This document shows, piece by piece, positions 36,104-41,663 of a DNA stretch of 64,000 bases (position 1 is the first letter of the stretch; each line of letters opens with the position of its first letter). The notes beneath the pieces are model-generated. The model was given only the letters and a program-made list of their open reading frames with translations. It ran no database searches and was not told where the DNA came from. The stretch comes from Candidatus Peregrinibacteria bacterium. Lineage in GTDB: Bacteria > Patescibacteriota > Gracilibacteria > UM-FILTER-43-11. Position numbers and translations under genes: made by a program. Location: contig JAFGCR010000002.1 in assembly GCA_016932495.1 (NCBI GenBank), forward strand, positions 8,519 to 72,518, written 5' to 3'.

Positions 36104-37219
36104 TTATCCAAATAATCCTTTATTTTGCGGTTTGATAGTCAGTTTAGCTTCTTTTATCAATTCCTCATATAGTTCTTTTTCTTTTTTATTTAGTTTCTGC
36201 GGGATATCCACGATGATTTTAACATAGTGGTCGCCTTTTGCGGCAGATCCTACTTTCGGCACCCCGTACCCCTTTAATTTAAATATTTTTCCGTTTTCAG
36301 TGCCAGCCTGCATTTTGAGTTTCACGTTTCCGTGGATGGTTTTGACGTTTACCTCATCACCCATCACTGCCTGCAGAAGATGGATATGCTGTTCAGTTTT
36401 AATGTCATCTCCCTCCCGCCTGAATTCATCACTCGGACTGATCGAGATGTGGGCAAATAGGTCTCCGGCCACTCCTCCTTTTAAGCCCGCTTCCCCTTTG
36501 CCAGACAGCCGAATGGCGGCTTTGTCATGGATGCCGGCAGGGATTTTGATCTTGATCTTCTGGTTTTTGATCACACGCCCTTCCCCTTTGCATTCACGGC
36601 ACTTTTTTTCCGGCACTTTGCCAGCGCCGTTACAGACTTCGCAGGTAGCAGCCGTTTGGATCTGTCCTAGCGGCGTTCGTTGTATCCGTACGTGCTGGCC
36701 GGTTCCCCGACAGGTGTCACAGTCAATGATCTTACTGCCGGGTTCATTGCCCATTCCCTTGCAATGTTCACAGGTTTCGTAGCGGCTTAATTCCACTTCT
36801 TTGGTGGCGCCGAAAACCGCTTCGTCAAAGGTCAGCCGGACGACGATCTCAATGTCATTTCCGCGGATCGGGCCGCGTTTGGCCTGTGCCTTACGCGCGC
36901 CGCCCCCAAAAAATGTGTCAAAAATATCACCAAATCCTCCGCCAAAATCAAAATTGACGTTTTGAAAGCCACTGAAATCAAATCCACCGAATCCGGCTCC
37001 ACCCGGCCCGGTGCCCACGCTCCCGAACTGGTCGTATTGCGCCTTTTTTTGTTTGTCGCCCAAAACCTCATAGGCAGCAGTCACTTCTTTAAACTTTTTT
37101 TCATCCGCCTTACTGCCGCCTTTATCCGGATGGTATTTCATAGCCAGCCGCCGATAGGCTTTTTTGATGTCGGCATCCGATGCGTTTTTATCGACCCCGA
37201 GGGTTTTGTATGGATCCAT
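36104..37219 (-). CDS. dnaJ: Chaperone DnaJ
   Basis: J domain (DPYKTLGV...HPDK), G/F region and four CxxCxGxG zinc motifs. Start set at the ATG at 37219. Confidence 0.96.
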   Translation of the reverse strand: MDPYKTLGVDKNASDADIKKAYRRLAMKYHPDKGGSKADEKKFKEVTAAYEVLGDKQKKAQYDQFGSVGTGPGGAGFGGFDFSGFQNVNFDFGGGFGDIFDTFFGGGARKAQAKRGPIRGNDIEIVVRLTFDEAVFGATKEVELSRYETCEHCKGMGNEPGSKIIDCDTCRGTGQHVRIQRTPLGQIQTAATCEVCNGAGKVPEKKCRECKGEGRVIKNQKIKIKIPAGIHDKAAIRLSGKGEAGLKGGVAGDLFAHISISPSDEFRREGDDIKTEQHIHLLQAVMGDEVNVKTIHGNVKLKMQAGTENGKIFKLKGYGVPKVGSAAKGDHYVKIIVDIPQKLNKKEKELYEELIKEAKLTIKPQNKGLFG

Positions 37220-37225
37220 AATTAA

Positions 37226-37292
37226 CAATTGACATTTGACAATTGACATTTGACTTTAAAAGTCAGGTGTTAAATGTCAGGTGTCAGGTGTT
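37226..37292. repeat. Inverted TGACA-word hairpin (GTCAAA family)
   Basis: ttgacatttgacaattgacatttgac-tttaaaa-gtcaggtgttaaatgtcaggtgtcaggtg. The arms pair fully only if G-U pairs are allowed. Confidence 0.7.
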
Positions 37293-37349
37293 TATAAATT
37301 AGCCTGTAAATTTTATTGAAAATAGGCAGAAAAGTAAAGGTCATGCCAA

Positions 37350-39131
37350 CTATTCAATAGCAGGCGTTTCTACCGGTGCTGTGTCAGGGATTTCACCCAG
37401 TCGGATTTCCGGCACTTCACTTTTTGGTTTGATGCGCTGGACGACCGTGATAGATTTCGGGTCGGGAAGAATCTGGATGCCCGTTTGGTCTTTAAGGCCT
37501 TTTAAATCTATGCGGTAGGATTCCAGCGTCTGATCGGTTACACCCTCCACTTCGAGCTGGATCACGTTTGGCTGGATTAGCTCTGTGTAAATCACATTCA
37601 CCTCATCTGTGTTCTCATTATTTTTATTCAAATCGGCAATAGAAAAATTTTGGGGGTTATTGGCCGTGGCCGGATCCATGGGTTCGTTCCAGATAATGTT
37701 GATACGAGTGAGGTCTTCAAACTCCTGTTCGATTGGATAAGGCGGAGTGGTATCAGGCAGGATTTTTACGGCTAGATCTTTATCGTTTTCCAGTTTCCCC
37801 ATAAAAAGCGCCCGATTTTCACGGGTATCAAAATCATCGCTTTCCATTAATTTTCCCTCGGCGGTCTCCACAGTGAGTTTGTAAAAGGCTTCACTGCCGG
37901 ATTGTTTGATGAGTCGCAGCTGATATTGGTCATGCAGAAAGGTGTTGCGCGGCAAAGTATAAGTGTAGCTTAAACTTGTCTTGCTCCCCGCCGGCAGGAT
38001 GATCTTCGTTCCTATCATTTTAAATTCTCCCTCACCCTGTTCCTGGCTGTCTAAGGGCAGCTGAAGCACGTCCGCCCCCTTGGGAATATAAAGCCTTAAG
38101 TATCCTTTGTAATTATCGCTGTACGTATTGGTGAATCCAGGGTAGCGGATGGTCACCTCGGTCGTGATCTCCGGCAGTTCTTTCGTGATATTGGCGTAAT
38201 AATGGACTTCGGTCTGCACGTAACGGTCCGCCTTTTTACTGCCCAGATTCGCCAGGTTTACCGTCAGGAAGTCGCTTCGTTCCAATGGCGCCATGGCATT
38301 GGCCCAGCTTTTTTCAATTAATTTGTTTTCCAGCCGTTCGTTTTTAAGCCACAGATAGATATTTTTATTGTTCAGCCCGTCCACGAACAGGTCACGGGTT
38401 TTAAACGGATGGCGTTTGGCTTTACCGATTAATTGGATGGCCAGTTCCCCCAGAATATCTTTTCGGTTTTCCAGCGCATCTACATCGTGCCGGTCAATAT
38501 TGTTCACTTCGAATTCCAGTTCGCTGAACAGATTATTTTTGGTCAGCTGTTTTCCATTCAGGCTGATTCCGCCGAATTCATCGATCATCTTTTCAATCAG
38601 GCTGAAATTTACCACAATCAGCCCATCCACATCCTTATCGGGGAATTTTTCCTGGTAAAACTTGATCAGTTCTTCGGCTGCGCCCGGGAAGTCCGGATCC
38701 CAGTTGGCGTCGCGGAAGGTATATCCTTGGTACCATTCATTTTTCAGCAGTTCTTCGTGCGGATAGGGGGGCGTGACATAGCTTTTGGTGTCGATGTCGT
38801 ATGAATTTTTAAAGGTCACATCGCCCGGGAAACCCATGAATGTACTTATTTCTCCGTACCCCGTGATAAACCCGCCCCCTGGCCGTAATTCATAATCATT
38901 CTGCAGAATGACCACATAATCTTTGCTGAAAAAGGTAAGGCCTAAGAAATGGTTGGCGAAAAAACGCAGTTCCCCCAGCATCAGGTAAAAGATAAAGAAG
39001 GTCAGAACGATGATGCCCACAATGATCCCGGCCCACTTTTTAACGCCTTTGGGCAGTTTGATCTTTAAAGAGCGTCCGCCCTTTTTCTTCTCCTGTTTTT
39101 GCTGACTGTAAGGTGAATAGGCGTATTCCAT
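37350..39131 (-). CDS. DUF4012-like membrane-anchored protein with a C-terminal Ig-like region
   Basis: N-terminal TM helix. VVILQNDYELRPGGGFITGYGEI matches the NNAELRxTGGFIGSYG hallmark as I remember it. Confidence 0.7.
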   Translation of the reverse strand: MEYAYSPYSQQKQEKKKGGRSLKIKLPKGVKKWAGIIVGIIVLTFFIFYLMLGELRFFANHFLGLTFFSKDYVVILQNDYELRPGGGFITGYGEISTFMGFPGDVTFKNSYDIDTKSYVTPPYPHEELLKNEWYQGYTFRDANWDPDFPGAAEELIKFYQEKFPDKDVDGLIVVNFSLIEKMIDEFGGISLNGKQLTKNNLFSELEFEVNNIDRHDVDALENRKDILGELAIQLIGKAKRHPFKTRDLFVDGLNNKNIYLWLKNERLENKLIEKSWANAMAPLERSDFLTVNLANLGSKKADRYVQTEVHYYANITKELPEITTEVTIRYPGFTNTYSDNYKGYLRLYIPKGADVLQLPLDSQEQGEGEFKMIGTKIILPAGSKTSLSYTYTLPRNTFLHDQYQLRLIKQSGSEAFYKLTVETAEGKLMESDDFDTRENRALFMGKLENDKDLAVKILPDTTPPYPIEQEFEDLTRINIIWNEPMDPATANNPQNFSIADLNKNNENTDEVNVIYTELIQPNVIQLEVEGVTDQTLESYRIDLKGLKDQTGIQILPDPKSITVVQRIKPKSEVPEIRLGEIPDTAPVETPAIE

Positions 39132-39197
39132 AAAATGGGTTAGTTCGAATGGATTATAACTTAAAAATACGGAAAGCTGAAATTATAAAGTTAATAA

Positions 39198-39225
39198 TTG
39201 ACAATTATTTTTTTATTAATAAAAT
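39198..39225 (+). promoter_or_regulatory. Sigma70-type promoter driving the tRNA-like gene cluster
   Basis: TTGACA (39198-39203), 16-nt spacer, TAAAAT (39220-39225). Confidence 0.7.
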
Positions 39226-39314
39226 GAGTATCTGATTCAGCGTAGGATGCGTTCTTTTAAGGAGCGTTCCTATACTGTTTCAGTAGGTTCCGAGTGCTCG
39301 GAATCGCTACTTAT

Positions 39315-39455
39315 GGGGTGGTAGCTCAGTCGGGAGAGCAGTTTACAGCGATTAAGGATCTGACAACAGAATCCTGATCAACATCAGAGGCCTCGGTTTT
39401 GTTTTCAGGTCTCGCTGTAAGCAGGTCGGGGGTTCAATACCCTCCCACTCCACCA
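39315..39455 (+). tRNA. tRNA-Ala-type gene (G3:U70, encoded CCA) carrying a 65-nt rod-like insertion in the anticodon arm
   Basis: Acceptor GGGGTGG/CCACTCC with G3-T70. D arm GCTC-AGTCGGGA-GAGC. T arm GGGGG-TTCAATA-CCCTC. Anticodon stem GTTTA/TAAGC encloses 72 nt instead of 7. See findings. Confidence 0.6.
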
Positions 39456-39524
39456 TTCAACAAAGCCCCTTGGGCGGAATGCCTAGGGGTTGCAGAAAGG
39501 CCGGACGTCAAGTCCGTTCTCATA

Positions 39525-39611
39525 GCCGGGTTCGTCTAGCATCCAGGACGCCGATGAACGGGTAAAATCGTTCAGTCGGAAACGTGGGTGAAGATCCCAC
39601 ACCCGGCACCA
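39525..39611 (+). tRNA. tRNA-Glu-like gene with a doubled (10-bp) anticodon stem, an 8-nt loop and non-canonical D and T loops
   Basis: Acceptor GCCGGGT/ACCCGGC plus ACCA. D arm GTC-TAGCATCCAG-GAC. T arm GTGGG-TGAAGAT-CCCAC. Anticodon arm CCGATGAACG-GGTAAAAT-CGTTC(A)GTCGG. Confidence 0.55.
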
Positions 39612-39613
39612 AT

Positions 39614-39686
39614 TGCCTGGTAGCTCAATTGGCAGAGCGGGGGATTCGCAATCTCCAGGTCGCTGGTTCAAGTCCAGCCCAGGCCA
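39614..39686 (+). tRNA. Cloverleaf tRNA with anticodon CGC but no G3:U70 pair
   Basis: D arm GCTC-AATTGGCA-GAGC. Anticodon arm GGGGA-TTCGCAA-TCTCC. T arm GCTGG-TTCAAGT-CCAGC. Acceptor TGCCTGG/CCAGGCC has a U1-C72 mismatch and C3:G70. CCA is not encoded. Confidence 0.65.
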
Positions 39687-39732
39687 CACACGATCGGGTT
39701 AGCTAATTGCGGCAAAACCCGTCACGATACAA

Positions 39733-39770
39733 GGCGGCTCGTTACCTATCGAGCCGCCCTTTCTCTATTT
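39733..39770 (+). terminator. Rho-independent terminator after the tRNA-like cluster
   Basis: ggcggctcg-ttacctat-cgagccgcc followed by ctttctctattt. Confidence 0.7.
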
Positions 39771-39825
39771 GCATCCATTTGCCTGGCACGGTAAACTGAT
39801 GGCGGTTGATTTAACAAAAAATAAA

Positions 39826-40599
39826 ATGAAAAAATGCATTTGTAATCCATTATTTGATTTAACCGGTAAGGTTGCCATTGTCACGGGTGCCAGCCGGGGT
39901 CTTGGGCTTGCTATGGCCCTTGGGCTTGCTCAGCAGGGAGCGAATATAGTGATTACCGATGTTCTTTCTACCGCAAAAGTAATCAAGAAGGTGGAAGCGT
40001 TGGGTGTTAAGGCATTAGGCCTGAAAGTCGATGTGACCAATCCAAAGCACATTGATGCTATGGTCAAAAAAGTCGTGGGCAAATTTAAGAAAATCGATAT
40101 TCTTATCAATAATGCCGGTGTTTATTACCCCACGCCTATTAAAGATCTGGAAGAAAAGGAATGGGATAAGCTGATCGCCATTAACTTAAAAGGCACCCTG
40201 ATGTGCGCGCGAACTGTTGGCAAACAAATGATTAAGCAGAAGAAAGGAAGTATTGTTAACATAGCCAGTGTGGCTGGCCTGATGGCCTTTGCACAGTCAG
40301 CCGCTTATAACGTTAGTAAGGCGGGAATCATTATGCTCACCAAAACGCTGGCAGCGGAATGGGCGCCGCACGGAATCCGCGTGAACGCGATCTGTCCGGG
40401 CGTTTTTGTTACCGATATGACCAAAGGACTGCTGAAAGATAAAGGTTTCCAGAACATGATCAAAGCCAGCGTCCCCCTGCAGCGTTCCGGCACACCGGAT
40501 GAATTGGCGGGTGCCGCGGTTTATTTGGCCTCTGATGCCGCCAGTTATACCACTGGCCACGCGCTGGTGGTGGATGGCGGATGGACAACACATTTATAG
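39826..40599 (+). CDS. Short-chain dehydrogenase/reductase (FabG / gluconate-5-dehydrogenase-like)
   Basis: VAIVTGASRGLG (TGxxxGxG), NNAG, and the S...YxxxK catalytic set (YNVSKAG). The start is uncertain (39799 or 39826). The listed 39769 lies inside the terminator. Confidence 0.88.
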   Translation: MKKCICNPLFDLTGKVAIVTGASRGLGLAMALGLAQQGANIVITDVLSTAKVIKKVEALGVKALGLKVDVTNPKHIDAMVKKVVGKFKKIDILINNAGVYYPTPIKDLEEKEWDKLIAINLKGTLMCARTVGKQMIKQKKGSIVNIASVAGLMAFAQSAAYNVSKAGIIMLTKTLAAEWAPHGIRVNAICPGVFVTDMTKGLLKDKGFQNMIKASVPLQRSGTPDELAGAAVYLASDAASYTTGHALVVDGGWTTHL

Positions 40600-40623
40600 T
40601 TTACCTTTTAATCGATATTAAAA

Positions 40624-41562
40624 ATGAAGAAAATGACTAATCCAAAAGTCCGTAAAACCCGTATCGCGGTGGTCGGCATCGGTATGGTGGGCTCCTCTTT
40701 CGCGTACGCGGCCATGATCAAGGGGCTGGCGGCAGAGCTCATATTAATTGATGTTAGCGAAGAGCGTGAGGAGGGGGAAGTGATGGATCTGGCTCATGGG
40801 CTGATCGGCACGGAGACCGGTGATGTGCGGGGTGGTCATTTAAGGGATTGTGGCGATGTGGATATTATCGTCATTACCGCGGGGGTGGCCCAGAAACCGG
40901 GTGAAACACGCCTTGATTTAATCAAAAAGAACACCAAAATCATGAAGGGGATCATTAAAGAAATGGGAAAACTCCGTTCCGATACGGTGGTGATCATTGT
41001 CTCTAATCCGGTTGATGTTTTAACCTATATTGCTCAGCAGTATATCAAGCTCCCTAAAGGTCAGATATTCGGTTCCGGCACGTCGCTCGACACATCCCGC
41101 CTGCGTTACATCATCAGTCAGAAACTGGGGGTTAATCTGCACAATGTGCATGGATATGTGATGGGGGAGCACGGGGATAGTGAATTTGTACCCTGGAGCA
41201 TTGCCAATGTATCCGGTCTGCCGATTAAAAAAATGCTGACTGCTAAAGATATGCATGCTATTGAAAAGCAGACGATGCGTGCGGCGTATGAGATCATTCA
41301 GCGGAAACGCGCCACGTATTACGGAATCGGTGTGGTGATCACGGAATTGGTGGAAAATGTCCTTCATGACCGCAAGTTTGTTATTCCAGTCTCTACTGAA
41401 CCGGGAACGGCTTATGGTATTAAAGGGATTTGCTTAGGTGTACCCGCCATTTTAGGCCGGCGCGGTGTGGAGCAGGTGTGGAAGCTGGATCTGACCAAAG
41501 GGGAGATGGAGAAGCTGAAAAAATCTGCCGGGATTTTGAAGAAATATTTGAAATCGATTTAA
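40624..41562 (+). CDS. ldh: L-lactate dehydrogenase
   Basis: IAVVGIGMVGSS Rossmann motif. AGVAQKPGETRLDL has Gln at the LDH/MDH discriminator position. GEHGDSEFVPWS. Confidence 0.9.
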   Translation: MKKMTNPKVRKTRIAVVGIGMVGSSFAYAAMIKGLAAELILIDVSEEREEGEVMDLAHGLIGTETGDVRGGHLRDCGDVDIIVITAGVAQKPGETRLDLIKKNTKIMKGIIKEMGKLRSDTVVIIVSNPVDVLTYIAQQYIKLPKGQIFGSGTSLDTSRLRYIISQKLGVNLHNVHGYVMGEHGDSEFVPWSIANVSGLPIKKMLTAKDMHAIEKQTMRAAYEIIQRKRATYYGIGVVITELVENVLHDRKFVIPVSTEPGTAYGIKGICLGVPAILGRRGVEQVWKLDLTKGEMEKLKKSAGILKKYLKSI

Positions 41563-41663
41563 TAATTTTCAATTTTCAGTTTTCATTTTTCATTTAAATG
41601 GACTACCCTTATTAGTGTCTTATTTTTGGCATTGTTTGAAAATTTATAATTGAAAATTGAAAA

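Noticed and set aside
39346-39411. Considered whether the 65-nt insertion in the tRNA-Ala-like gene is a group I intron, an archaeal bulge-helix-bulge intron or a hammerhead ribozyme.
   Set aside because: It is far too short for group I or group II. The exon-intron boundaries lie inside an uninterrupted 11-bp helix, so there are no 3-nt bulges separated by 4 bp. The only hammerhead-like string is CUGAUCA, not CUGAUGA, and there is no matching GAAA core arrangement.
39315-39455. Considered a miniature tmRNA, because of G3:U70, the GGGG... 5' end and the ...CCACCA 3' end.
   Set aside because: It has a complete canonical D arm, is only 141 nt long, has no pseudoknot-sized domains, and has no plausible tag ORF ending in a hydrophobic ...AA-type tail followed by a stop.
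39483-39689. 68-aa ORF on the minus strand.
   Set aside because: It overlaps two tRNA-shaped genes. The open frame is a by-product of GC-rich structured RNA.
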